Notes: generated by a model from the sequence alone, not told the origin. Positions 37,747-51,200 are shown, counted from the first letter of the whole stretch. The stretch is DNA of 63,709 nt, filler included, from Lenisia limosa (GCA_001655205.1; 11 parts of 11 records of this genome joined end to end with filler, not necessarily neighbours in it); one strand, 5' to 3'. Numbers and translations are program-made.

Positions 37747-39364
37747 ATGACCTTTTCTGGGACGGCTGCTGAGGAAATACCTCTTTGCGAACATGGAGGT
37801 CCACATTCCTCGTCAAGAACTGGGTTAGCTTGGTCTCGTGCTACCTTCTCTGGTTCAATGTATTTTCTTGTTCTCTATTGTTCCTATCCGCTCAGAAGAG
37901 GGATTATTCTTTGTCTTCTGCGGCCTTCCCTGACACCTTAGCCTTCTTCAGACCTTCATCAATCTGATCATCACATTTGTGGTAAGTTAACGCACTTTTG
38001 GAACCAATAGTTGTAGGGAGCTGGTGTTTTAGGGCTTCCGTATGCTTTCCGTATGAGTGGGTTGCAAGCGGGTATGACAGGGCTGGTGGTGATCTCATTC
38101 GTCTCTTTCGATTGCATGCTGGTAGGTGCTAGAGTGCGAAACCACATCATCCACTCAGTCCCTCTTGGCGGCAAGAAAGAAGGCAGCTGAGTTTGCCAGA
38201 GTGCTATCATATGGTGATTTATTGGAGTACTGCTATGGACCAAATGGAAGGAAAGTCTTGAACTGTTTGCATTCTTTTTTTCTCACCAGTCGCTATGATT
38301 GTCACTCAGCTCGGTTTCACAATATCATATCTTATCTTTTTTGGTGAAAACGTTGGTAGTGTGTTGCATCTTCCACCACAATTACTTGTTGCGCTAATAT
38401 TGCCCATAATGATTTTGATCAGTTGGATTAGGAACCTGAATGTTGCCCCTTTCTTTAACCTAGCTTTTGGTCCCCGTTTCTGTTGTTGGACTTCTTGCAA
38501 TGGCAATTGGCCTTGGCATTGTCACAAGTCATGCTGTTCATTCAATCCAGCATCACTACCATCATGGCGAAATCAAAGACGTCAGGTTTGTTATGTGTTG
38601 TCCTTATCAGTTCGAACTTCCCCATTTTCTTTGGCATGGTATCATTTGCCTTTGAGGCTGTTGGTTTGGTCATTCCTATGGAGGCTGAAATGAGAAAACC
38701 GCAGCATTACCCAAAGATCATTACGGCCGCCCTCGTTGTAGTGTGCTTACTGTACCTTAGCTTTGGCTCTGTATGTTACATTGCCTTTGGAGAAGGTTTG
38801 ATAGCTTTGTGTTTGCTTGCTTTTTCTTGTTCCTCCCCCCTCCCCCTTATATTTCAGATACTGAACAAGCTATTACAATGAACTTGCCTGACAACTTAAT
38901 CTCTTCAATCGTGAAAGTGGCCCTCTCAATTTCACTGCTCTGTTCTTACCCCATGCAATTATTCATTGTTCTTTTTTATTATTTTCACCAAGGTGACCAA
39001 AATGGCAGAAGACAAGTTTTTGAACACTGAGAAAAAGGGCAAAACATGGCCGGTAAACTTTGTCCGAACAGGATTGGTTTGTTGATTATTTTAACAATAG
39101 GTTCTTGGCACGGGTTTCATGGCTCTGATCATCCCGAAGTTCGGTCTTTTTATTGCGTTAATTGGCGCTTTGGGCTCGGCTCTCCTTGGGTTCATTTTAC
39201 CAGCTGCCTCATATTTGAAAGTTGTTTTACAGTTTTTACATAAGGTCTTCCCTGAAGCCAGCCTTCTGTCCCGGATTAAATCTTTGGCTATTATTGGTTT
39301 TGGAGTTTTGGGGGCTATTGTTGGTACTATTATGGCAACGGTGGAGTTGATAGAAGCATTTTAA
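37747..39364 (+). CDS. Amino acid/auxin permease (AAAP; SLC36/AVT3-like) transporter, ~11 exons
   Basis: GAGVLGLPYAF, SYGDL..YG..GR, IVTQLGF, SWIRNL, FFG..SFAFEAVGLVIPME..M..P, SYPMQLF, IPKFGLFIALIGALG; stop TAA at 39362-39364. Inferred introns of 82, 35, 37, 25, 22, 25, 62, 25, 24 and 24 nt. Confidence 0.93.
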
Positions 39365-40165
39365 TAAGAGCGTTTGGTTTTCGGTTTCAATGGTAATATA
39401 TTTCATGTTTCTTTTTAGAACTGTGGTCAATTTTTTATTTTATTGATGAGCTGAAAGTTGTTATATCGTTTTTGAAGAAATGTTCTTTCCTCCTTGAAAA
39501 AAAGACCCATATTGCAGGTGATTTTGATATTGCTTTCCTGTTTGGATATATGTTTATCAATAGGGGTTGTGTAGTGAAAAGCCCTAATTGTGACAAAGCA
39601 ACAAGTATTAAGACACCCCCAGACCCTATTTGAACCTTAATTTCTCAGTTTAACTCCAGTCCGAAAAGGAATGATTTTTCATTTGAATGATCATTGTGCC
39701 TGGTATGATAAAAATTTGGTTCAGAACTCGCCAAGATATTAAATACTATATTGATACAAATGCACAAAAAACCTATGTCGTCCTGACATTAAGCGGACTT
39801 TACGGATCAAAGAAACTTCTGTAAAGTAGTGAAAAGCAAGTGACCATGAGGTGTTCAGAAGATATAATTGGTTGAAATTCGTTACAAGAAACAACTATAC
39901 CATACCAGTACGTGAAGCCCTAAATATAACAAAATGGTTCAGAATTGCCAACATTCCGCTCCCAAAAAAGATTGGTAAAATACCTGATATTATCGTGGCT
40001 ACTTTATATTTGGGGAGTTCTGAACCTTGCCCAGCATAGTATGTGTTATATTGAAAGGAAAAAGGATTATCTGTCCAAAGCCGTCCACACCATCATCACG
40101 CTTATATGCGATACTGGACTATACCAGAGACATAATGATCATTTTTATCATACCAGGCACAATGA

Positions 40166-41830
40166 TCACTCGGATGACTGGAGGCTCTCGATTTCAGCCT
40201 CTTGGTCCGCCACGACCTTTGCCAAAGACTCCTCTTCTACTATCAACCTGCGGTAGTTATACATGCATCCATCAACTTGGTACCCCCCGAAATCGTCAAT
40301 ACATATCGATTTATTTTTTATTGTACTGACACAGTAGAAAGATTACTATAAAAAAAATTTGTCAAAGAATATTATTATCAAAAAAAAAAGGGGGAGCTCA
40401 TACAACACATTACGTCATAGGAACATACATGTTGTACCACACATTGATAACCACATTTTAATTGTTTTCTTAGTTTTTATTTAATGTAGCGAGTAGCTAC
40501 ATATATGATTCTTGCTCTTAGAAAAATAACCATAACGTTTGAAGAATACCTGGCTTAAGCTGTCAACACCATCAAGTCATCAACTTCACCCAGCTTTTGC
40601 CAACCTATCCAGCTTTGCTTGACGCTCAGCGATTTGGGTCTGCAGATGAAGCTCTTGTCGTCTTATTGCGGTTTCCTTATTCGACAGCAGCAACCGAGTA
40701 CCAATTGCCTGGGTAGGGTCAGCGAGGAAGGGCATTGAATAGAGATTGACGTTCGGTTCCACAAGGCATGTCAAATATTCCTGTTTATAGAGGACTATTT
40801 TTGAGAATTGTGCCTTTTTTGGAACAAAGTGATGGTCTAGTCAAAAAAAAACAGGATAAACAGAGTCATTAGTTAGCCTTCGTCCTTGACAACATTCCAT
40901 GACAAATTAACAATATCATATAAAACAATCACGAGTGTTTGGGGTGGGGCTTCATTTTGATCCAATTTCCCGGATGTTTTGCACAGAGTGACCCACAAAC
41001 AAGAAGCTCTAACATCTATTCCATGGAAACCCCATCCCAGTTAACCTATCGTCATTCCCTACTACATCTTACTACATGTACAATAGTAAAGCAGATACTT
41101 AAGGTTTCGTGTATACAACTGTAAGACTTGATCGTGCTGACGCGAAATTTGATTTTGTCGGTCAAGACTTACCACAGTCACAGAGTATAATTTTACTACG
41201 TACTACATACATAGCATAGGCTATATAAAAGGTTGTGATAATTGGTTAACTTGAGCAAGCAACATTCCATAGCACCACGCCCCCCTCCCCATCATTGCAT
41301 TTATACAATATTTTCATGGCTGTAACGACTATACACCAAGCAGCAATGACCATTCCAAATGCTATGGACAGCTTCCAACATGATGCCAAAACCCTTTATT
41401 CATCATGTCTACAAATAAACTGGTATCCTTCTAAGTCAGATCGTTTTGCACGTTACAAAGGATAAAACACCGCTTGTCAACCCCCTTATGGAATCCCATA
41501 ATATTCACCTTTCCCTCAATATAGGTTGACTAAGAGCAATCACGATGAAATTATGGTCACAAGCAGAACGCAACATACCTTCTCTTTTTCAATGGCGATC
41601 ACTTTGGATTTCTCATTAACGCTCTCAACAAAACCCCCAATGGAGTCCACAAATGAAGTTACCTCTAAATCAAACGTTAGATAGGGTAGAAGAAAGAGGA
41701 AAGACGTACGGTCAACAAACTCAGTGCAGTTTTCCTTTACGTTTTCCGCGGATGAGAATTTTTCTTCATCAAGAACACGGATTCTGTTGTTGGAATCAAA
41801 CACTATGTCCTTGGCCCTTTGCTGCTCCAT
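40166..41830 (-). CDS. IFT20: Intraflagellar transport protein 20
   Basis: Four exons give MEQQRAKDIVFDSNNRIRVLDEEK..KENCTEFVD|QVTSF..EKEK|AIGTRLLL..QIAERQAKLDR|LIVEEESLAKVVADQEAEIESLQSSE*, colinear with IFT20 (FDELNKLRVLD, EKMKAIGARNLL). Confidence 0.93.
41123..41186. mobile_element. MITE family B, degenerate, in an IFT20 intron
   Basis: GTAAGACTTGA...CGGTCAAGACTTACCACAGTCAC. Confidence 0.6.
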
Positions 41831-41954
41831 TCTTGAAGATGTTTCAGAAAAAAATTGCCCTTAATATTAATTCAATACTAATTAAAAACGTGAGTTCGAG
41901 TGGAAATCGAAGACAAAGTGGACTCCCTAGAACTCCGGAACAATTACCAGCTCT

Positions 41955-41964
41955 CCCCGGCCCG
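41955..41964 (+). promoter_or_regulatory. CCCCGGCCCG in the IFT20/ALG3 head-to-head spacer
   Basis: Same 10-mer at 53079-53088 in the FAM13/IFT54 head-to-head spacer. Confidence 0.35.
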
Positions 41965-42160
41965 GTAGTATTTAGGCGGAAATTTCGCTGTTAAGTTTCT
42001 TTTGGTTTAAGGCTCATAGGGCAAATAGACACGTAATCTGAGTAGAGGTAGTCATTTTACATTTTAAAACAGCGTCAATAAGAGTGTGTAGTTTTTCATC
42101 TTGAAAAATTTTCTCAAGATGGTTTTCTCACTGATTGATCGTTACCTTCCTCAATATGAG

Positions 42161-43600
42161 ATGCCAGCACCGTCAAAAATGGGGGATTATGCCAAGTTCA
42201 TCTGTTAGTTGTTATTGAAGTTCTAGCTTTCATGCTTACACTCGCAGTTACCTTCCTTGCTGTCGCAGAAATGGCTAGATGTGTGTATTCAGTGACGTTT
42301 TACGAGGTAAGACTTCCCTGGGCGTTCTCCCCTAACATGTTTAGGAATGTGATTTCCTCTGTTACAAGGATTTCGGGATGCGCCTCCTTACTGAAGGAGA
42401 TCTCGACTATGGAAAGTGGGTGATATTGGGTCTTCGTACGGTGGACTATGGCATATTAGCTAAGTCTCCTGTGATCATGACCCCTTGACTTTCAGAGATA
42501 TTCCCCGCTTTTCCTCACATCTCTCAGCTATGTTTGCCCCCAAGGCCCCATGTACTACCCTGTTATGTTTGTTTACTTCTATGCTGCCTTCATGTTTGTC
42601 ACAGGAGGTGAGGGGTGGACAATTTTGTTATTTCTCTGGGAATGGGAGAATCACTTGTTGAAGAAAAGAGAGATATTACTGGTTTTTATTTTGCTTTTCC
42701 TTATTATTCCGAGTGTAACCCTACCTTTCTTTCCTCTGAAATTAACAATTGGGTTCTTTGGTTTCACTTTTGCGTGTGTGTATGTGTGTGTTGCAGATTT
42801 TCCCCACAGTGTTAAATGGGGGGAAAGACCGCCAAATGTTATCCTCACCACCTGCATGAGAANNNNNNNNNNNNNNNNNNNNNNNNNNNNNNNNNNNNNN
42901 NNNNNNNNNNNNNNNNNNNNNNNNNNNNNNNNNNNNNNNNNNNNNNNNNNNNNNNNNNNNNNNNNNNNNNNNNNCAATTCGCGTGCACGCTCCTGTCCTT
43001 CGTTGTTTTTGCCCCCTACATGAAGAAGGGCAAATGGGCCTTCATTGTCCTCGCTATCATCACCCAGTCGGTTTACATGTGAGCTGGCTTGGCGATTTTC
43101 TATTCTGTGGGGAGATGATGATAAATGAGGATAGACAAGAGATATGTGGAAAATAAGAACAAAATCATCGGCTTGGCTCAAAATGATTCATCAACTTGGT
43201 CTAGCGCAGAAATATTTGAAGAGTTTTGGAAGGGGGGAAGGGGGGGCAAACACACATACTAAAAAAAACCCTCTCCTTTACCCCAAAGCACACACAAGTT
43301 TATTTTGCAGCCATATTCACGAATGGGCTTTAATTTTGTTCGGTTGTTTTTTACTTTTTTTTTTTTGTTGTATTTATTTTACCCCCCAGGACGAGTATCA
43401 GCCGAGCCACCAACGACGTCTTCCAGTCCTTCGCCNNNNNNNNNNNNNNNNNNNNNNNNNNNNNNNNNNNNNNNNNNNNNNNNNNNNNNNNNNNNNNNNN
43501 NNNNNNNNNNNNNNNNNNNNTGTCGTCCTTCCTCTACGCCTTCGCCGTGTCGTACAAAATGAACGCTCTTCTCATTGGTCCCGCGCTTCTCCTTTGCTAC
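42161..43600 (+). CDS. ALG3: ALG3-like GT-C mannosyltransferase, divergent, 3' end lost at the linker
   Basis: LAVAEMA..YE|ECDF..GDLDYGN|YVCPQGPMYYPVMFVYFY, SISRATND and AVSYKMNALLIGPAL correspond to the ALG3 motifs TEIDW, DY..L.GDTGPLVYPAGFVY, LRLFND and AVSVKMNVLLFAPG. Confidence 0.75.
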
Positions 43601-43919
43601 GTCCTTTTCCTCCCCGCTAAACAGTAGGCTCAAAGGAGTGATAGTGGACATGGGAGTGAGTCATAGCGATGTGTATACTGACCGGGAAAGGATCTGACAC
43701 TTTTTCAAAGGGAAATGGTAGTAAAAAAAGGGCAGCTGTATGTGGCTTGTGTAGTGATTTGCTCAGTTCCACCTACCATAGTACGGTTTTTTAAAAAAAA
43801 AAATTTCNNNNNNNNNNNNNNNNNNNNNNNNNNNNNNNNNNNNNNNNNNNNTTAATTAATTAANNNNNNNNNNNNNNNNNNNNNNNNNNNNNNNNNNNNN
43901 NNNNNNNCCCCCCCCCCAA

Positions 43920-45481
43920 CAAACCGTGGCCATGATACTTGCCGAAAATACGCCAAAAGCAAGGATGTCGATCACGTCATTGAAACTTCCGAGCCTGATA
44001 TGTAAGTGGTGGAACTAATGATTACAAAGAAATGTTCCAGCAGCATTTACAAATTGAAGATGTTTTGGAACTTTCAGCCTGTTTGACTGTAAAGAAGCCT
44101 CAATGCCCCACTTAGCAACGGTATCCACGACACTTGCGGGGTAGCCAGTGAAGCCGCAAGTGGCGTCCACGTCCGCACGATTCACTGTGCTGCCTCCAGC
44201 AGGGTCCAGGAGAGTGAGCTNNNNNNNNNNNNNNNNNNNNNNNNNNNNNNNNNNNNNNNNNNNNNNNNNNNNNNNNNNNNNNNNNNNNNNNNNNNNNNNN
44301 NNNNNNNNNNNNNNNNNNNNNNNNNNNNNNNNNNNNNNNNNNNNNNNNNNNNNNNNNNNNNNNNNNNNNNNNNNNNNNNNNNNNNNNNNNNNNNNNNNNN
44401 NNNNNNTGTTATCATTAAACGCTCGGTTTGATAAATATTTGCTTTCTGATTTTTGTTCTGAACACAAGGAAACTAGAGTTTTACTTGAGCAATTAAAAGA
44501 AAATTTCTGAAATACACATTCAATATCAATAAAATGTTGATACAAATGAGAGGTCCAAATAGTGCTTCACTTCGGTGAAAAAAGAGACTGAATTTCTCGC
44601 TAAATCTTCGAAAACTATCGATATTTTCCCGAACCGAAGTCATGGGTCCAAAGCAATTTCTCTCCAACCTGGTGAATGGTCTCCTTCACAATTTCGGGAG
44701 TCAAACCAAGAACTGCAACAAAGTAAAGTAGGGCTGATATCGCGGGGGGGGGGGTGTGAGGGGAGGAGTGAAGCGAAGGAAATTTTGAAAATTAAAAGAA
44801 ACTCGGGGGTTTGAGGGGTAATGCTATTGTGATAAGTACATATTTCTATGGCCCCAAAACCCAAAAAGACTAAATGTCTCAAATACTCCTCCAAAAGATA
44901 CTTTGTCATCATAATTCTGATGGCCTGTCCAAACGTACCTGATGGTGCATTTGAAAGGTTCTTGAAGTATCTGGAACATGACGAAGAAAAGACAATAATG
45001 CGTAGAAAAGAGAAATAATAGAGAAGTATCCCAAGAAGTAAACACCATCACAATTATTATACAAATAGTAATACCAATGGGCAAAATAATCAAATCATTT
45101 CTCTTTCAAATAAATATGAACAGCTAATATGTCGCAAAAACACGAATATATACTGTTTGTATGAGGTATGGTGGGCCTACTCATGAGCAAAGGAGAGCAC
45201 ATCATCAGGCTGAGCACGGATGACCACCTTTGAAAAACTAAACAATGATGAGAGGACAATGAGAGAAGGAGGACACGAGGGGAGCGCTTGGAGGGCACTG
45301 ATCAAGAACCCGTGGAGTAGCAAAGAGTTCTCGCTGTTAATCTCCATTTTAAAGTATTATAAAACAAATGGAGGGAATCATAAATGCCAGCATACGTTTT
45401 CAAGATCTCTGGAAGTTCTTCGGGTACCTGAACCTGCTCAACAGCGTACATTTCTGACGCCTCTATTGCTGTGTTTGGCAT
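43920..45481 (-). CDS. ROPN1L: Ropporin-1-like / radial spoke protein 11 (RIIa-type docking domain), 3' end lost at the linker
   Basis: MYAVEQVQVPEELPEILKT|FSKVVIRAQPDDVLSFAHE|YFKNL..GLTPEIVK..RLGSFNDVIDILAFGVFSASIMAT matches QQIHIPPELPDILKQFTKAAIRTQP.DVL and GRFTEEIEWLKFLALACS. Confidence 0.85.
44560..44643. mobile_element. MITE family A, in a ROPN1L intron
   Basis: TAGTGCTTCACTTCGG...CCGAAGTC. Confidence 0.8.
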
Positions 45482-45787
45482 TTTTAAATCGTTCCTTTAT
45501 GTTTGTGAAAATTCTGTGAATTTTTGAATTTTTTATAAACGATTATAGATCAATTAGATCCTGCTTGACTGTTGGTGCCCAAAATACCCTCCGCGCGGAG
45601 AGTTTTGGGAGCGAACGAACACAAAGCGAACATGCTTTCACTTTTGGCATTTTTATGTAATACGTATGTATGAAAGTATGTATCTCACTCCGTCACACTT
45701 GAAAACAAGAGAAGGTCTATGGTGATATGAGAGTTTATAAATTCCTCTGGATTGCTGAAATAAAAAGAAATCAATCACTGAAACACT

Positions 45788-46671
45788 CTAAAGACGGCCT
45801 CCACGCTTCTTTTGGTCAGGGTTCTTCGCCTCCTGCTCTTCCTTAGCCTTCTCCTTCTTCTCCTTCTTGAGCTCCTTGGCCTTCTCCTCCTTGGCCTTAC
45901 GAAGGGCCTCAGCCTTAGCCTTGGACTTGCCAGCCTTGTTCTTCATGGCTGCGAGCTTAGCGGCGCGTTCTGGGGGGATAAACGAAGAAATTTTCGATGA
46001 AGAATATTGGCGTAATTTAGAAGAGGATATGATGGGTGCAGGCATTTATGAAACAAAACCAAAATAGGGGGGAGGAGGAGGAGGGGAACATAGAATAAAA
46101 TATGTGTGAAACAAAACAGCCCAAATCAACATGGGGGGGGGGGGGNNNNNNNNNNNNNNNNNNNNNNNNNNNNNNNNNNNNNNNNNNNNNNNNNNNNNNN
46201 NNNNNNNNNNNNNNNNNNNNNNNNNNNNNAATTCCGAAATCTATTCTGTGACACACAATGGGTTCCAACAAAGTCCAGGTTAAATTGGGAAAATATTAGA
46301 AGAAAAAAAAAACTCCGAAATATTTGAGACACTTTAGTGAAAATAATCACAAAAAAAAAGAGAGGAACGAAGGAAAAAAGCACAACAGATACAATGGGAG
46401 GGGTCATGAAGAACCAGAAGAAGCGCATGTAAAGCAAAGGGATCGATAATAATACCAAAACAAAACGTGTGCAGGGAAGGCAATTTCTGGACCATTGACG
46501 GCACCCAATTCGAGTTGATTGTCAGCATTATGTGAATATATGCACTTGGTCAAAAGAAAGAAGAAAAATCTCCAACAGCCGCATACCCTCGGGGGTAAGG
46601 ACGGCGGTGGTCTTCTGGACAATCTCGGCCTCCGCCTTAGCCTTGGCAGCTTCCTCGGCTTCTTGTGCAGC
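45788..46671 (-). CDS. 3' end of an unknown gene with a Lys/Glu/Ala-rich coiled-coil tail
   Basis: AAQEAEEAAKAKAEAEIVQKTTAVLTPE|ERAAKLAAMKNKAGK..KKRGGRL*, phase-compatible GT-AG join. Confidence 0.6.
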
Positions 46672-46847
46672 CTAGTGGTAAACNNNNNNNNNNNNNNNNN
46701 NNNNNNNNNNNNNNNNNNNNNNNNNNNTTAATTAATTAANNNNNNNNNNNNNNNNNNNNNNNNNNNNNNNNNNNNNNNNNNNNAACCCCTTACCGTAGGG
46801 CCGAGGTGCAAAGCCAATCCAAATCCTGCAGACAAGTCCAACCCAAC

Positions 46848-46946
46848 TAGGATTTCACTTCGGTTCGAAAAAAGACCGAATTTCTCGATAAATCTTCGAA
46901 AATTATCGATATTTTCTCGGTATTTTCCGAACCAAAGTGAAGCCCT
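46848..46946. mobile_element. MITE family A
   Basis: TAGGATTTCACTTCGG...CCAAAGTGAAGCCC. Confidence 0.85.
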
Positions 46947-47759
46947 GATCCCAACATGCCTTGAAGAGGTTGTCATCATCCATCGAAGTCAGCTGCTTAT
47001 CGGATACTGTCATCGGGTCCAACAGCGCCTTTGGCCTTCGGACCTGGACAATGGGTTATTGTTATGCATAACCCCTGGATGGGGTGATACATATAGATGA
47101 GAAATAAAACAAGGTTGTATCCGATCGAAGCCGTCCACACCATCACACTCACAATGGCGGGTATCATAGTTACAGCCACCACAGACCTTGAGTGCCTTTT
47201 TCTCCTCTTTATGGACCAGTCTGTCCAACTTAGATACCTGTATCGTAAGTGTGATCCAAGACGGGTTTTAGTATTGGATGATGTGGCTCAAATGACAATA
47301 GAGAGCCCCCCGCGGTCCATGATAATCATAGTGTTCCCTTGTCACCTTGTCTTTTTTAGCGGTTTTCAATGATTTGTCAGTACCCTTTTTCTCCTTCATT
47401 GGTGAGGGGTGATTTTGAATCGAGAAAGATGGAAAGGGTATTACGGGAAGTCTAGTACTTCACTCAGTCTAAAAAATCGGTAACGTGTTTAGTGTGATAG
47501 TTTGTAACAATGTGGGTGAAAATGAATTTTCACAAAAATGAACTCACAATATCAACAATCATTTATTCTATCATCTATCATCTATCACAATAAAGACATA
47601 GAGACCTCCAAATAGAACCAAACCTTGAGGGGTTGCTTCTTTTCAGATCGTTGATGCCCTGAACAAATGAGTTGTCAGATAACAACCTTGTTATATTCTC
47701 ATCTCCATATGATATATCGAGGGTATGTATTGCGCTCAGGTTCAGAGTGATATGGTACA

Positions 47760-47862
47760 AAGACTGTGTCATCCAGGGTATAGATAGAGATGTTTTAAAA
47801 GACTGTGTTATCCGGAGATGTTTTAAAAGACTGTGTCATCCAGGGTATAGATAGAGATGTTA
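47760..47862. repeat. Short tandem duplication AAAGACTGTGTCATCC(AGGGTATAGATA)GAGATGTT, x3
   Basis: Read directly from the sequence. Confidence 0.9.
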
Positions 47863-48285
47863 AAAAAAGATGGCACAAGTTAACAAAAAAAATGAGACAC
47901 TAATCATGAAATGGGAATGGAGGATCGAGCATGAGGAACCTGCCAACAAACCCATTTTGGATTCCGAAGGTTTATATTAATAATTATTCTATTCTAATCG
48001 CTTTACAGTGGTGAAGTGGTGATCTGGTGTTTGGAAAAATTGAAATAGAGGTCTTCAGGCCGGGCCGGTCAGAAGGCTTTTGGTCGACAACCTTACTACG
48101 GTTTACCTTCCTCAACACAGTCCGATCCTGTATACCCCCACCCCCCAACCCTAATGCTCGGCNNNNNNNNNNNNNNNNNAGAATTAAGTTGTCACAAAGA
48201 AGCCACAAAAATTTCATCAGGGCTATAAATTAGAAGAACGAATGGACTAAGAAACAAAATAACTAAAAACGAAATACAATCATGG

Positions 48286-51200
48286 CTACTGCGGAGGCTC
48301 TAATCCCCGATTTCGCAGTAGCTCGTCAAGGTGCAGCAGCCGATCCTTGACTGCCTTATACCTGGGGGGGGGGNNNNNNNNNNNNNNNNNNNNNNNNNNN
48401 NNNNNNNNNNNNNNNNNNNNNNNNNNNNNNNNNNNNNNNNNNNNNNNNNNNNNNNNNNNNNNNNNNNNNNNNNNNNNNNNNNNNNNNNNAAGGTAAAGAT
48501 GAAAGGCTGTAGTTGGGGGACTTAAGATATATATACTATATATGTAAACGTTTTGTTAGAAGGAATAGCTGAGACCCCTCACCTTCTATATTCTTCGGCA
48601 ATGGGTTGACGGTCCTCAACAGTCTGGACTTTTCTTTTGTGCTTCTCCACAAAATCATTTTGGAAGTGATGCAGGAAGATCTAAGAGATCAAGAAAGTGT
48701 GCATCCCGTAACGTTATGAGCAACCCCGTACCTGGAGGTTTCTCTTTTCGGCCTTGAGTTCGAGATACTCGACAATCAAGGGGTCTCGCTGGTCCTCTGT
48801 GTGCACGTGTTGAGCGGGGGGAGCAGCGGCTTGGGCAGGCTNNNNNNNNNNNNNNNNNNNNNNNNNNNNNNNNNNNNNNNNNNNNNNNNNNNNNNNNNNN
48901 NNNNNNNNNNNNNNNNNNNNNNNNNNNNNNNNNNNNNNNNNNNNNNNNNNTGGGGCTGGGGGCTTCCTCGCGGCACAAAACGCTCATCAGAAACGTGTCG
49001 GTCCGCCATAACCGTTTTCACTTCCTTGTATCGGCTAGGTGTATGAGATTGACAAACGTGTGTGCCTGTTCAATTGGGAATAAATACTTCTCTCTCTTGG
49101 AGGTGACATAAAAAAAATAAAATATTAGAGTTGTTCATCACTTTCATGTTACTCCAGATAGTAGTTCTTGTAAGGACAAATTCTATATAAGGCAACCAGG
49201 AAGGCCATGCCAGGTGGAAACAAAGGCCCACCTGTAAAGCGGGCGCATGACTTCCTTCTCAGACTTGGTGGGCTAATTCGGTGAGAAATAATCATGAGGA
49301 AGATAACAAATTAGGAGTAACAAAAGGAGAAAACAGGATATTGCCATGTCATACCGGTCTTTGATAGGAGGTCTCGAATAGTGCGTCGTATCGTCTCAAT
49401 TCCCGCTTAATGCACGCCTTTTCTTGTCTGCATATGTAAACCAATATAAAGGAAATGATGAGCGGTGAATGTTGTTACTTTAAAGGGAATGATGAGCGGT
49501 GAATGTTGTAATCATTAACACAATTTGCACACCTTCAAAAATTATAACAGCCCCCCCCCCCCCNNNNNNNNNNNNNNNNNNNNNNNNNNNNNNNNNNNNN
49601 NNNNNNNNNNNNNNNNNNNNNNNNNNNNNNNNNNNNNNNNNNNNNNNNNNNNNNNNNNNNNNNCATGAGCGCAATTGACAGGGGGCGGGCGTCTGCTCGT
49701 CTATGGGAAAGTTATCAGGAAGCGAGCACAGTTCTATCAAATGGGTATTTCACCCGCTATTTAGCATGGTGGGTGAAAGCTGTGTGTCAAAGGCATCCAC
49801 TCTCTTGAGAAAAGGTCAGTCAACAGAAACTGATAACAAATCCAAATTGAGAGGCAGCAGCCCTCAAACCGGCTTTGCTCTAGTCTGTACTCCGCGTAGC
49901 TGAGGCTGTGTGGCTCACCCACGTCCTCCTCGTCCGTCTCGGGTACCGGTTCAGCCAGGGGGGTCACGGGAACTGCGGGCTGCGGGGGGGCCTAAATTGG
50001 GGATAGCGTCAATCCAACAAACAACAAATAAACATCAAAACCTCCATTTCACCCCCCTCCCAAGTGAGAACAAATAAACATCAAAACCTCCATTTCACCC
50101 CCTCCCAAGTGAGAACAAATAAACATCAAAACCTCCATTTCACCCCCCTCCCAAGTGAGAGGTGTAGGGAGAAGATTCATAATGACATGCAGTAAGCGCT
50201 TATGACGTTCAATAGTTTGTGTTTCAAGGCTTCACTTCGGTTCGAAAAATAATGGTAAAATAGCGATAGCTTTCGAAGATTTATCCAAAGTGAAGCCCTG
50301 TGTATAAACTTGCACTTCTTCAAAAGGAACCATTGACAACCTCCCATATTGTCACAGAACGGACAGCCCGCCCAAAGCCAACCGGTGAGGCAGGCTCCGG
50401 TGCATGTGCAGGTGCTTGCGCAGACGCCAAAGTACTGGCCTCCTTCGCAGCCTTGAGTGCGGCCAATTTACGCTCATGCTCCTCACGTGCTGCGCGAAGC
50501 TTCTCCTCCTCTTCTAGAAGCTTCTGCAACCTCATTTCCTCCTCTGCTATGTCGTCAACGATGTCGTCTTCGAAGGAGTGTTCAGGCTCCATTTCGGCCG
50601 AGGCGGCAGAAGAGTTCAGTTCGTCTTGCGGCGGCGGCGCAGGCATCGGCTCGGGAATGGGAATGGCAACGTTCGACTGGGGCGGCGAAAACGACAGCTG
50701 GATAGGTTCGGGGAGGGATGTCGTCACATCAATTGGCTTGGTAGTTTCGGGCGGGGGAGAAGTGAAGAGCATCTTGGCGGGGGAGACGGACGAGGAACGG
50801 GGTTTCGGGGATCTAAGACCGTCAAAATCTAACTTGCCGCTCTTGTAACAGCTACTTATCGTTTAAGGATATGTGGAGAACAGAAACTACAAGTAATTGT
50901 ATTGGGTAAAAGCTATTCAAAACCTGCGCATTAACAACTTTCTGCAGAGTCAGTGTTATTCATATGATATTTTTACATGTAGTTGGCCGACCTTGGGGAT
51001 TGAGCAATTGGCTGGTAGCTGAAGGGCACAGCGGTGGGTGTCAAAGTACCGGTAATGTCCCAGCCATTACTGACTTTGGCATCACTGGTGAAGAGGAATG
51101 ACACGGACCTGAAACGTGACCAATAAATTAAGGCTATCCCACGGACCCCGTTGACATGCTTAATGAAGGGTGTTGAATGCAATACAGAGCCCCCCCACCC

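Noticed and set aside
38126-38132. 7-nt GT..AG intron in the transporter
   Set aside because: A 37-nt intron (38122-38158) restores the frame with a better family match.
40078-40095. Exact 18-nt match AAGCCGTCCACACCATCA with 47128-47145, and a 23-nt near match between ~49700 and ~60857
   Set aside because: No extended similarity in the flanks. Compatible with chance.
46950-47670. Probable plus-strand exons (myosin TH1/PH-like)
   Set aside because: Splice sites are plausible but no convincing family motif was found. Left unannotated, as are exon-like pieces at 17.2-17.4, 26.3-27.3, 37.0-37.45, 57.5-58.6, 60.7-61.3 and 63.0-63.4 kb.
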